DNA of 64,000 bases from Mobula hypostoma (Eukaryota), in assembly GCF_963921235.1 (NCBI RefSeq), contig NC_086098.1, forward strand, positions 237,274,001 to 237,338,000, in the 5' to 3' direction. Position 1 is the stretch's first letter. The number at the start of each line of letters is the position of its first letter. Under the pieces are notes generated by a model that saw only the letters and a program-made list of their open reading frames with translations, had not been told where the DNA came from and did no database searches. Position numbers and translations under genes: made by a program. Below, one piece after another: positions 39,428 to 52,010 of this stretch.

Positions 39428-39535
39428 ATACAGTTGTACGTAAAAGTTTGAGCACCCCTGGTCAAAATTTCTGTTACTGTGAGTAGTTATGTGAGTAGAA
39501 GATGAACCGGTCTCCAAATCTCATAAAGTTAAAAC
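39428..39535. mobile_element. Tc1-like terminal fragment
   Basis: ta-cagttgtacgtaaaagtttgagcacccctggtcaaaatttctg resembles a Tc1 terminal repeat. Confidence 0.5.
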
Positions 39536-39639
39536 CGCCATAATTTAGTTTTAAACTGCAAAAGGAAGTCAGGAGCACATAACGAGGTTGAGTTGACTGA
39601 CTGAAGAATTAAATCCCAAACCGCATCAGATAAGGAATA

Positions 39640-40335
39640 CAGATACAAAATTCCCTAAAAGTAGCATCATAGGTAGATAGGGTTGTAAAGAGATTGGTAC
39701 ATTGGCCTTTATTAATCAAAGTATTGAGTATAAGAGCTGGAATGTTATGATGAGGTTGTATAAGGCATTGGTGAGGCCGAATCTGGAGTATTGTGTTCAG
39801 TTTAGGTCACCAAATTCCAGGAAGGATATAAGTAAGGTTGAAAGAGTGCAGCGAAGATTTACAAGGATGTTGCCAGGACTTGAGAAACTCAGTTACAGAG
39901 AAAGGTTGAATAGGTTAGGACTTTATTCCCTGGAGCGTAGAAGAATGAGGGGAGATTTGATAGAGGTATATAAAATTATGATGGGTATAGATAGAGTGAA
40001 TGCAAGCAGGCTTTTTCCACTGAGGCAAGGGGAGAGAAAAAACGGAGGACATGGGTTAAGGATGAGGGGGGGAAAGTTTAAAGGGATCATTGCGGGGGGG
40101 GGGCTTCTTCACAGTGGTGGTGGGAGTATGGAATGAGCTGCCAGACGAGGTGGTAAATGCGGGTTCTTTTTTAACATTTAAGAATAAATTGGACAGATAC
40201 ATGGATGGGAGGTGTATGGAGGGATATGGTCCGTGTGCAGGTCAGTGGGACTAGGCAGAAAATGGTTCGGCACAACCAAGAAGGGCCAAAAGGCCTGTTT
40301 CTGTGCTGTAGTTTCTATGGTTCTATGGTTCTATT
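39640..40335 (+). mobile_element. CR1 LINE 3' fragment
   Basis: ORF 39702-40136 (LYKALVRPNLEYCVQF...LERRRMRGDLIEVYKI) followed by a 3' UTR ending in (TTCTATGG)n. Confidence 0.9.
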
Positions 40336-43050
40336 ATTCAGAAACCGCTCCCCACTGCAACTTCTTCAAACAGACTGTCCAGAGGGTGTTGAATCTGTGT
40401 TACTCATTGCCGAAGGTTGCGATGGAGGCGAAGTTGTTGGATGTATTTAAAGTGGAGATTGATAGCTTCTTAATTAGTAAGGGCGTCAAAGGTTACGGAA
40501 AGAAAGCAGGATAATGGATTTGAGGTGGAAAAAAATCAGACGTGAATGGAATGACAGAATAGATTCGATGAGCCGAATGGCCTAATCCTGCTCCGATGTC
40601 TTATGGTCGTATAAACAACTTCATTCCATAGATACGGTCCAGTGTTATTCCTAGCTACTTAGTTAAAAACCTCTCTTGGCCTCATCTTAAAAATCCGGAT
40701 TGAGCCTTTTATGATGAGGCAGTGAGTATTCGGAACCGTCGAAGATACAAAGTTGGGGAATCCCCTCTGCATCCACTCCAGAGAAATCGCACCCTTGCTA
40801 TAGTATAAAGTCCAGAATTTGCACACGATATTCCAGTTTTGGCCTGGTTAATGTGTTGCCCAGATTGAATATACTGTACGTGCTTCCCTGCTTTTCAATT
40901 CTATTACACGGCACTTGAAGGCAAGTATTTGGTATGTTTGCCTCATCACCTAGTCTCCATGTTTCCTTGGTTACTGCTTTTCCTTGTGTCTGCTCTTTAG
41001 AATCCAAACACATCGCCTTAAATTTATCCGGGTGAGCCTTCATTTACCATGGTTGTCTATTTTATGGAGGCACGGTAGCGTAGCTTTTCAGAACCTCTTT
41101 GGACATAGAAGGGGGAGTAGTCTCAATCTGAACAATTAGTTGCATTACCTGCTGCCCATTCCCTTAGTTCTATCCAAATCACTTTCTTAAAACACCATTG
41201 GACATCCCTTAATTACTGCATTGCCCGGTGGAGTAAGAAGAAATTTACCGCACCTTCACTCTCTTCTACCTTCTCGGATTATGACCATCTGCAGTTAAAT
41301 AAAACTGAGAACTCAGCACATAGCACATAGAGGTCAATGACAGGCCCTTCGACTCACAACGTTGTGCCGAACCAATTAAATTTGTAATGACTGGTCACCT
41401 AATCTCTTCTGTCTACATACTATCCATTTTCCTCACATCCATGCACTTATTTGAACTTCCTTTAAAAGTCCCAAATGTGTCTGCCTGTACTATCACCCTA
41501 GCGCATTCCAGGCCCCTCACATATCCTTTGAAATGACACCCTTTCACCTTGAATTCTTGCCCTCTTATTAGAAACCTTATTAATTCAGCAGAATTTCTTC
41601 TTAATTCCCTCTAAATTAGTTGCTTAACCCTTCTCCTCTCAAAATTCGGGTCCTTCCCCTTGCAGTAGGTAAGAGCGCGCAAAATGCGCGAAACATCTTA
41701 TTGTTCGTGACCGAGTTAAACCGTACAAGTTAATCACAGACGCGGGTTCATTGGGTTGTGAGGTCGATGCAAGGGAGGGGTGAGATCCTTTGTTATTGAT
41801 GAAAAGCAAATGCAATGCTTATTAATAAACGTTCGGTTGTATTGTAAACAAGCAGAGGCGCGCTGCGGGTTTCCTGTTTACGCGGGACCAAGCATATGCA
41901 GATGGACTGGGTTTGCAAACACATAATAATGCAGTCTACTCGCAGCTGTCAGATCACACTTTGACTACTATGCTCAAATTAGGCCAGGAGGCCTTTTTCC
42001 AGAGAAGGAAAGAGAGTAGGTGGTGGGGGCCGCGACCTTATCGGGGTTAATTTTAAACCGGAATGTGGTCGATAAGGTCGTTGCTGTTATTTCCAAATGT
42101 GGATGGCTGTGTTGTAAGCGGGTGTGGGCGAGGGTGGTGAATATTTAAACTAGAGGTAATCAGCGAAAATCTAAAGGCAAGAATATAATGCAGAGACTTT
42201 ATAATTCATTGGTCAAACCGCTCTTCGAGTATTGTGAGCAGATTTCAGCTCCCATATTTATGAAAGCATATATTAGCGTTGCAGAGTCCAGAGGAGGTTC
42301 ACAGGAATGATCCCATTCGTGCAACGGTTAATATATAAGGAGTGTTGATGACTCCGGGCATATACTCGCTGGAGTGTAAAAGAATGAGAGGTGATGTGAC
42401 TAAATCCTATCGAATATTGAAAGGTCAAGAAAGAATGGATGAGGAAAGGAGGTTTCCCAGAGTGGGACCGTCTAGGCCCAGCGGACACAGTCTCAGAAGA
42501 GTGGGATGTCACCGTAGAACAGAAATGAGGGGAAATTTCTTCAGCCACAGGGTAGTGAATCGGAATACATTGACACAGGCGGCTGCGGAAACCAGGTCAT
42601 TGGGTATAGTTAATGAGGAGCTTGATGGATTGTTGATTTCTTGCCAGGTTGTTATGTACACGATGGAGGTTCTTGTAACCAATGTTGTGATGTTGAAAAG
42701 GCACCGACGAATATTTACACAGCACGCTCCCTCAAACCGGCTATGTAACGGTGACTGGATTGGATCGATGGATAATGGCTCCAAATTCGGGAAGGAATCA
42801 ATTTCCCTTGGTTTCAGAGGAGTGGAAAAGCATAGTCGGCCTTCAGGTTAACTTCTCGCCTGAACACGCACAGTAGGTAGCGCGACTCGCTTTCATTCGG
42901 AATTTCTTCTGAACATTTGCAAAGAAGTTGAAGTGAAGGATAAGCTTGGTACGCAGGTTAAGGAGGAAGGAGTGACGTGTAATGTTGATGAGGGTGGACG
43001 GGAAGGCTGGTGTGGAGGGCGAAGTCAGCGATCAACAGGAGTTCTTCTTA

Positions 43051-43193
43051 TGTGACGGGATAATCTATATACATTGGACGCAAAACAAAGGTATGTTTTC
43101 ACTGTCCCTCGGTACAATAACAGACCAACTACATTCATTGTTTGATTACACTAATCGGTTCTATTATCTTGGTCGTAATCGCAACACATGTAT

Positions 43194-43232
<39 letters not shown>

Positions 43233-43646
43233 ACACACGCACAAATAAATACTACATAGATAACAGACTGTACACCGCATACAATTAAACGATTTAGCTT
43301 TATAATTCTAATTCGACTGAACGGTTAAAAAGGAAAGTTAAAGAAAAGGGTCCATTTTTAGTTGGAGCTGATGTGTCCCCTTCGCCGATCCTCCTTCAAT
43401 CTCCCTGGGCTTCGACGAATCATGCCTCCGCTCCGGTTTGAGTCCTACGACCTCTTCTCTCCGGCGTCATCTCCCGCCGAACAGAAGTCCCAGCTCACAC
43501 CGGTGTCAAGCACACAATACGAAACCACACTCCCTTCATCGGACGGCTCACATTCCAAAGTACCCGTTATCTCTAACCATAACCCAAACACTGCTTCTAC
43601 AGAAAGACCATTACGTTAACAGTAAAAACTTCCCCAGATTGTTACA
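43051..43646. mobile_element. Solo LTR (596 bp) containing a (CA)n tract
   Basis: TGTGAC...GTTACA termini; flanks CTTA/CTAA (4-bp TSD with one mismatch); inserted in CR1 debris. Confidence 0.6.
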
Positions 43647-44769
43647 CTAAAATAGAGATCATAGGTTAAGAGTGAAAGAGTAAATATTTAAGGAGAACCT
43701 GAAGGGGAACTTCTTCACTTAGACGGTGGTGAGACTGTGGAACCATATCCCAGCGGAAGTGATGAATTCGGGTTTAATTTTAAGTTGAAAGACAGATTTG
43801 GAACAACGTACATGTATGGAAGGAGTGTGCAGCGCTGTTATTTTGGTGCAAATCGATGGGGACTGGCCAGAATAATAACTCGCGAACACGTGAAAATCTG
43901 CCGTTTCTCGAAAGCCAAAGCAACATACTGAGAATGCTGGAGGAACTCGGCAGGTCAGGCAGCATCTATGGAACAGAGTAAACAGTTCATGTTTTAGGCC
44001 GAGACTTTTCTTCAGGACTGGGATTTATTTCGAAACACTGACTATTCAAGAACCTATGCCTTTTGCTTAAAACATGCCTTATGACTGGACCTCTGCAGCC
44101 GTCTTGGCGATTAATTCCATAGATTTCTTGCTAAACAAATTCGTCATCATCTCCCTTCTAAAGGGATGCCCTTATATTTCGAGGCAGTGGTACTAGACAC
44201 CCCTACTATAGGAAACACGCACTCCATCTTGACTCTATCAAGGCCTTTCGGGTCGGTTGTAGAAAATACCGTACCCAGCCCAAAACTACAGGATGTTGTG
44301 AGAGAACATTTCACAATCGGAAGTGTCCTAAAGTTGCTTCACAGTGGAATTATCAGAAGGCTGTGGACTCAGTTTTGGAAAGTGTGCAGTTCGTGTTCCG
44401 TCTATTTTTGTTTACTTTACATTTACTTTTTTTACGAGTTGGCCCGGATATATCTCTGCGGCTGTGGCCTGCGGCATCAGCACAGCGCTGACCTAAACTG
44501 ACTCGGTGGCAGTTTCTCCCGGAGCAAGTCAGGAACTCTTGAGATTTGATGTTTAATATTCTGTATATTATTTGCTCCCTTTTAGTTGTTTAGGCGGTTT
44601 GTTCTTTTTCGCGCTTTGGATGTTCGATATTATTTATTGTGTGTATGCTTTTCTTTTCTTTAAACGGGTTGCATGGTGTTTCTTTGTTTCCTAGGGAAGA
44701 CAAATCTCAGGGTTATATACAGCATACATACTTTAATAATAGCGCTTTGATCTTTGAAACATTGGTGGC

Positions 44770-45700
44770 AGGGAGTTCAGTTATCTCTTGGGAAGAGGGG
44801 TGGGGACAAGCTGTTTCCCATCCTAACAGACCTTGTCCTACGTACGGTAACTCTACCTGAAGGTAGGAGGCCAAACAGGATGTGATAAGTGTTGCGGGAA
44901 AGCGAATCTCACTTCGTTTCCCTGTTGAAGCTGGCTTACTGACTGCATCCCCGTGTATGGCTGAGTTCGACCGCCACTACACCATTACTGCTCACCTTTC
45001 AGTGCCAATCTTTTATACCCAGTATAATTTACGACTCAGCAGACGATAATTTTCAGATTGTTTGCTGTCGTGCAGATGCAGTGCAGATTTGAAAAGTAAA
45101 AATCTCTGGACATCCAGGAAAACGGTCAGTGTGGCGCGTTTTCATTCTATTGTGCATTCGACTAACTGTTTTTCAGTCTTCTTCTTTTAAAGGGTTCTTT
45201 TGGGTTCCTTTGTTTTGTGGCTGCCTGTAAGGAGGCGAATCTCAGAATAATAATGTATACATAATTTGATAATAAATATGCTTTGAACAATGGACAATAT
45301 TTCCACTGCAAACCTGGAAAATGAGAAGCATGCACTAAAATTACCCTAACGGTGGCGCTATCGTTCTCTTATCGAACACATCATGAGCGTTAGGAACAAG
45401 AACTTGCATACATTTGTACGGTATCTTTCATTTGTGTCAAGTCTTCAATCGCCCAATGCAGTTCTGAGCTACACAAAGAGATATTACTATGGAGTGTCCT
45501 GGTGTAAACACGGCAAACCCGAGATAATTCGCTATCATAGCTCCCTATAAATAAGCGGATATTCGGGATTTCATTGTGTGCCGATCCTCTCTGATACGGT
45601 CAGCCGCTCCTTTCCAAGAACCGACATGGCGAACTATCGCTCCTCCTCCTCCATTGCGAATATAACTTTCCAGACGTATTGAGACCAAAACCAAATTTGT
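44770..45700. repeat. 'Block A' of the duplicated lambda-cluster unit (paralogous to ~5630-6400)
   Basis: Same anchors as 5630-6400, with a short repeat inserted at ~45130-45290. Confidence 0.65.
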
Positions 45701-47226
45701 CATAAATCTTCTGCACGTGTGTATTTTGTACGCTTTTCAATAAAGGCCAACATTTCATGAAAGCTCCTGATTAAATATACAACGGGGTGTCAAACACATT
45801 TTCGGTCATGGGCCGGATTGGGCAAAATGCGACTTCATGCGGACCGGATCAGCTGTGCACGCGCGAACGCACGCGCGCGTGTTCCCACAGCTTTCGTTGC
45901 CTTCGTTTTTTCAACCTGCTCTCATGTGTCCCTGTCTCTGCTATAACAACAGTGTTGTACTTTACGAATTTCGTTTCTTATGAAGAAGATTGCCTAGCAA
46001 GCATTATTTTTATGATTGGTATTAGCTTACAGTCGTAGGCTACAAGAAAGTTATGATGAGAAGGAGAAACAACGATGCTATTTTGGCCAGGATTGTTTTA
46101 TCAGCCACACTCTTTCCATTAATAAACTATTTGAAATCGAACATTAGCAGACACAAATGTAGACCGCAGTTAACAAATTGTAAACGTAGGCGACACAGCT
46201 GCACCTATTTTTTATTAGCCTGCTTCCAGCAATCAAACTCAGAAAATGAACACAGTTAGCCTTTATTTGTTATTGAAGTGATCAGATTTACAATAATACA
46301 ATTGTCAGAAAATGAATGAGTCACAATATTATGACACTCAATATTTCATAATGCATTTTGCTTTCATGTCGTAGTGCATCGAACAGTGTCACTTATTTTT
46401 CACTCACTGCTTCCAGATACCTGACATCTCTAGCCTTTAGCCAGCCTGTCAACATCAGGGGCCAGTTTCTGGGCATTTGTGATTTTCATAATGTCATTTA
46501 GATGTCCGTGTGTCAGCTGGGAGCGCAGTTTGTATTTGTTAATGTTCATTATGGAGACCTCATCTCAAAGAGTTATGTTGTCCCAAACATGCAATAGATC
46601 TTTGAGGCAATTTCTGTCAACTTGGGGTACATTGGTCCCAAGTATTGATACAATGAGTCCAGACCCACAGTCCCAAATTTATTTTTCAAAGCCGAGTTAC
46701 ACTGAATTTCAATTAGTTCCATTTGATGCTGCGTTGACGGCAAACGGCGAGCAAAGTAGTGATAATTCGTTCTCGAGCTGAGTGAAGACTTGGAAACGAT
46801 TCTGAAACTCACTTTTCAGCCGTGATATTTTGTCCTTGTACCTATCCATGTTGTCATTATTCCCATGAGCGACACACACAGACTGCAAAGAGGGTAAATG
46901 GGCTAGGTTGCTCCGGGATTGTCGCATCTGCCATTGGCCTAATTCAATTTGAACGGCACGAATGCTGTCGTAGTATTCCGTAACAAGTTTCTTAACATTA
47001 AGCACATTTAAGTGCACTGTTATATCCACCCAAAATGCAAGATCATGAAGCCAGTCTGGGTCATCCAACTCTGCGACTGGCTTCCCATTCTCGGTCTTGA
47101 ATAGTCGAATTTCCGCACGTAATTGAAAATAAAACGTTTGAGCACAACCCCTCTGCTCAACCAGTGGACTTCATTGTGGTAGGGTAGGCCGTGTCCAATA
47201 TTACTTTCGTACAAAAGAGTGTCAAA

Positions 47227-49732
47227 ATAGAATATAGAACATAGAATAGTACAGCACAGTATAGGCCCTTCGGCCCACAATGTTGTGCCGACCATCAAAC
47301 ACTGTCTCCCATATAAGCCCCCACCTTAAATTCATCCATATACCTGTCTAGTGGTCTCTCAAACTTCACTAGTGTAACTGCCTCCACCATTGACTTAGCC
47401 AGTGCATTCCACGCACCAACCACTCTCTGAGTAAAACACCTTCCTCTAATATGCCCCTTGAACTTCTCACCCCTTACCTTAAAGCCATGGACTCTTGTAT
47501 TGAGCAGTAGTGCCCTGGGGAAGAGGCGCTGACTATCCACTCTATCTATTCCTCTTATTATCTTGTACACCTCTATCATGTCTCCTCTGATCCTCCTTCT
47601 CTCCAAAGAATAAAGCCTATCTCCCATAATCTCTGATCATAATGCATACTCTCTAAACTAGGCAGCATCCCAGTAAATCTCCTCTGTACCTTTCCCAATG
47701 CTTCCACATCCTTCCTATAGTGAGTCGACCAGATCTGGACACAGTACTCCAAGTGTGGCCTAACCAGAGTTTTACAGAGCTGCATCATTACATCGCGATT
47801 CTTAAAATCTATCCCTCTACTTATGAAAGCTAACACCCCATAAGCTTTCTTAACTGCCCTATCCATCTGTGAAGCAACGTTCAGGGATCTGTGGACATTT
47901 ATCCCCATATCCTTCTTCTTCTCCGCACAACCAAGTATCCTACCATTTACTTTATACTCTGCCTTGGAGTTTGTCCTTCCAAAGTGTACCACCTCACACT
48001 TCTCCAGGTTGAACTCCATCTGCCACTTCTCAGCCCACTTCTGCATCTTAGCAATGTCGCTCTGCAATCTTTGACAATCCTCTACACTATCTACAACACC
48101 ACCTACCTTTGTGTCGTCTGCAAACTTGCCAACCCACCCTTTTACCCCCACATCCGGGTCAGTAATAAAAATCACGAAAAGTAGAGGTCCCAGAACAGAT
48201 TCTTGTGGGACACCACTAGTCACTATCCTCCAATCTGAATGTACTCCCTCCACCACCACCCTCTGCCTTCTGCAGGCAAGCCAATTCTGAATCCACATGG
48301 CCAAACATTCCTGGATCCCATGCCTTCTAACTTTCTGAATAAGCCTACCATGTGGAACGTTGTCAAAGGCCTTGCTAAAATCCATATAGATTACATCCAC
48401 TGCACTACCCTCATCTATATGCCTGGTCACCTCCTCAAAGAACCCAATCAGGCTTGTTAGACACGATCTGCCCTTCACAAAGCCATTCTGACTGTCCCTG
48501 ATCAGACCATGATTCTCTAAATGCCCAGAGATCCTATCTCTAAGAATCTTTTCCAACAGCTTTCCCACCACAGACGTAAGGTTCACTGGTCTATAATTAC
48601 ACGGACTATCCCTAAAACCTTTTTTGAACAAGGGGACAACATTCGCCTCCCTCCAATCCTCCGGTACCATTTCCGTGGACAACAAGGACATAAGGATCCT
48701 AGACAGAGGCTCAGCAATCTCTTCGCTCGTCTCGTGGAGCATCCTGGGGAATATTCCGTCAGGCCCCGGGGACTTATCCGTCCTAATGCATTTTAACAAC
48801 TCTAACACCTCCTCTCCCTTAATATCAACATGCTCCAGAACATCAACCTCACTCATATTGTCCTCACCATCATCAAGTTCCCTCTCATTGGTGAATACCG
48901 AAGAGAAGTATTCATTGAGGACCTCGCTCACTTCCCCAGCCTCCAGGCACATCTTCCCACCTTTATGTCTAATCGGCCCTACCTTCACTCCTGTCATCCT
49001 TCTTTTCTTCACATAATTGAAGAATGCCTTGGGGTTTTCCTTTACCCTACTCGCCAAGGCCTTCTCATACCACCTTATTGTCTTCTCAGCCCCTTCTTAA
49101 GCTCCTTTCTTGCTTCCCTATATTTCTCAATAGACCCATCTGATCCTTGCTTCCTAAACCTCATGTATGCTGCCTTCTTCCACCTGAATAGATTTTCCAC
49201 CTCACTTGTCACCCATGGTTCCTTCACCCTACCATTCTTTATCCTCCTCACCGGGACAAATTTATCCCTAACATCCTGCAAGAGATCTCCAAACATCGAC
49301 CACATGTCCATAGTACATTTCCCTGCAAAAACATCATCCCAATTCACATCCGCAAGTTCTAGCCATATAGCCTCATAATTTGCCCTTGCCCAATTAAACA
49401 TTTTCCTGTCCTCTCTGATTCTATCCTTTTCCATGATAATGCTAAAGGCCAGGGAGCGCTGGTCACTGTCCCTCAGATGCTCACCCACTGAGAGATCTGT
49501 GACCTGATCCGGTTCATTACCAAGTACTAGATGTAGTATGGCGTTCCCCCTGGTCGGCCTGCCCACATACTCTGACAGGAATCCATCCTGGACACACTTA
49601 ACAAATGCGGCCCCATCCAAACCCTTGGAACTAATCAGGTGCCAATCAGTACTAGGGAAGTTAAAGTCACCCATGATAACAACCCTGTTATTTTTGCACC
49701 TTTCCAAAATCTGCCTCCCAATCTGCTCCTCT
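47227..49732 (-). mobile_element. Young 5'-truncated CR1 LINE inserted into the hAT transposase
   Basis: 493-aa RT ORF 47576-49057 (GVPQESVLGP...KFADD), an APE part (49075-49732), (TTCTA)-type tail at 47227-47250; flanking duplication GTGTCAAA / GTATCAAA. Confidence 0.92.
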
Positions 49733-50981
49733 GTATCAAATTGCCGATGGTTGTGTCCCTTGGCTTTAATAAAATTAACCATTTTTATTACTACAGCTAT
49801 GACATTGTGCATTTTCAGGCTCCTGCTACATAAAGCCTCTTGGTGTATAATACAATAAAAATCCAGAATTCCTGCTCTGTATTCTCTGTCTGAACTTTCT
49901 CTCTGAGTTTCGCAACCAGACCTGACTTTTTCCCGACCATAGACGGTGCGCCATCTGTTGCCACGCTGACAGCGTCACTCCAGTCAATCCCCAGACTGTC
50001 CATGGCCTCGACGAAGCTGGAGAAAACGTCGTTCGCCGTTGTGATGTTTTTCATGAGCAACATCTCCACAAACTTCCCGCTGACGGTCAAAGATGCATCA
50101 ACACTACGAATAAATATTCCCAATTGAGCTACATCAGTCACGTAGGTGGTCTCATCAATTGCAATACAGAAGACAATAAATGATTTCACTTTGTCTTTTA
50201 GTTGACTGTTCAAATCACCTGCAATATCCCCGATTATCTCTGCGCAGTATTTCTTGACAAGATGATATTACCAAAAGCCTGTCTTTTCTCAGGGCACACC
50301 AGCTCAGCTCAGCCATGTCAGCGTGCGTAGATGAATTCCCTCTCGGAGTATGGCTTCGACGCAGCAGCCATTTTGTTGGCAATAATATAGCTGGCCTGGA
50401 CAGCTCATCAGTCTCTCGACTTTTGGTGAACACTGATTGACGCTTTTGCAGAGCTGCTTCAAGCTCGTTTACTTTTTGCGTTCTGAGTCGTCCTGAGTAC
50501 TTGTCATATTTTTCTCCGTGTGACGTATCGAAGTGTCGTTTCATATTGTACTCTTTTGCCACAACCACTTGTTGCGAGCATATCAGACACACAGGTTTGC
50601 CGTCAACGTCATAGAGGAAAAAAAAAACGATCTTTCCAATGATCGTTGTATATCCGAACTTCGAAGTCAACTTATCTTTTCTTGGAAAGCATTTTGAACC
50701 ACAGCAGCAAACAGTCTCAGCCTTGCTACAGGTGTTACTTACCTGAGTACTCTGTGTGTTTATACTGTGTATGACGACGTAAATGTGACCCCAGAGGTCT
50801 CCAGTACAGGGTTGTAGGTGCTTATGCACAGCGGGTGGTTAACTGCCGCCTATTGTTTTTAAGTACACACAACAAGCTGCCGGTGCAGCAGGCGGCACAG
50901 ACAGTGGTGGGTGAGAGAGAGGCTGCCGTACAGATACATAATAAATGGACGTGAATGTACTTTTTTTCCACAAATCATCCG

Positions 50982-51134
50982 GCGGGCCGGATTGGACCCC
51001 TTGGCGGGCCGGATTGGACCCTTTTGGCGGGCCGGATTGGACCTCTTCGCGGGCCGGATTGGACTCCTTCGCGGGCCGGATTGGACTCCTTCGCGGGCCG
51101 GATTGGACCCTTTCGCGGGCCGAATGCGGCCCGC
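50982..51134. repeat. Subterminal tandem array of the hAT element (six ~22-nt units plus a terminal variant)
   Basis: GCGGGCCGGATTGGAC recurs at ~50982, 51004, 51027, 51049, 51071 and 51093, then GCGGGCCGAATGCGGCCCGC. Confidence 0.9.
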
Positions 51135-51446
51135 GTGCAGGTAGTTTGACACCGCTGGTTTAAGGTGTTAATTCCACCGGGTGTTTCGATTTCCTCCAAC
51201 GTTCCCAAGGTATATAGTTAAAATCAGTAAATGTTGCTCCCGGAACCGTGGCGAGGCGCCCAGCACGGTAATCACTGATTGGATTTTACGTACACCACGC
51301 ATTTCACTGTAATTTCGTTGTACATGTGACAAATAAAGCTAATCCTTTAATCTTTAAAATATTTTATTTAAGCTTTTCATGTGTTTAAATGCGATTGAGT
51401 GCTCCAGTGTTTTCAACGATATCTTAAGCTGTTAAAATTTTGAATC

Positions 51447-51534
51447 ATCCTAATATTAATATTAATTACTCTATTAATTACTATATTAATATTAATTACT
51501 CTATTAATTACTATATTAATATTAATTACTCTAT
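51447..51534. repeat. AT-rich ~30-nt tandem repeat (about three units)
   Basis: Unit attaatattaattactctattaattactat repeated, running into the hairpin arm. Confidence 0.8.
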
Positions 51535-51718
51535 TTATGGATCGTATAGAGCAACGTGCGCGGCACCAGAAAACAAATTCCATCCATAAAATGACATCAA
51601 ATGAACAGTCGGAACTCTGTATACCCGACTGTTCATTTGATGTCATTTTATGGATGGAATTTGTTTTCTGGTGCCGTGCACGTTGCTCTATACGATCCAT
51701 AAATAGAGTAATTAATAT
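51519..51718. mobile_element. Foldback MITE-like element: 94-bp inverted arms, 12-nt spacer
   Basis: Arm 51519-51612 is the reverse complement of 51625-51718 with one mismatch; inner ends read TA|CTCTATTTATGG...CCATAAATAGAG|TA. Confidence 0.8.
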
Positions 51719-51799
51719 GGTAAATAATGGTCAGTGAAATTCCCGACACAGGTTAGCACCACCAGACAACATAGACTCGTTATTAATGATAAAATGAGG

Positions 51800-52010
51800 T
51801 TTCTGCACAAGACTCTGGAAGAACTCAACATCTCAGGCAGCATCTTTGTAAGGGAATAAAGAGTGGACGTTTCGAACCAAGACCCTTTGCCAGTCCTGAA
51901 GAAGGGGCTCAGCTCGAAACGTCGACTTTATATTAATTTCTATTGATGCTGCCAAGCCTACTGAATTCCCCCTGCAATTTGCGTGTGTCGCTCTGGATTT
52001 CCAGCAGCTG
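51800..52010. mobile_element. Penelope-type short element (related copies at ~8440-8640, 13610-13730, 22090-22180, 27590-27710, 43920-44030)
   Basis: Recurrent ...gctggaggaactcagcagg.caggcagcatctatgg...gtcgacgtttcgggccgagaccctt... motif with an internal inverted duplication. The family assignment is from recall, not a search. Confidence 0.5.

Larger units (their letters stand above)
45783..51157 (-). mobile_element. hAT DNA transposon (Charlie/SPIN-like, GTF2IRD2/EPM2AIP1-type transposase), frameshifted and split by a CR1
   Basis: Termini GGGGTGTCAAAC (45784-45795) and GTTTGACACCGCTG (51144-51157). Transposase pieces on minus: GKPVCLICSQQVVVAKEYNMKRHF.TSH (zinc finger), IAIDETT.VTD.AQL.IF.R, VATDGAPSMVG, VNFIKAKG.NHRQF, LPYH.EV.WLSRG, DLAF.VDIT.HLN.LN, FGTT. 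No matching 8-bp TSD seen. Confidence 0.9.

Noticed and set aside
47891-49378. Several plus-strand ORFs of 70-180 aa
   Set aside because: Antisense shadows of the CR1 RT frame; the same shadows recur at 61202-61771.
50982-51134. Regularly spaced repeats as a CRISPR-like array
   Set aside because: Eukaryotic context; units are head-to-tail with only 5-7 variable nt, and they lie inside hAT termini.
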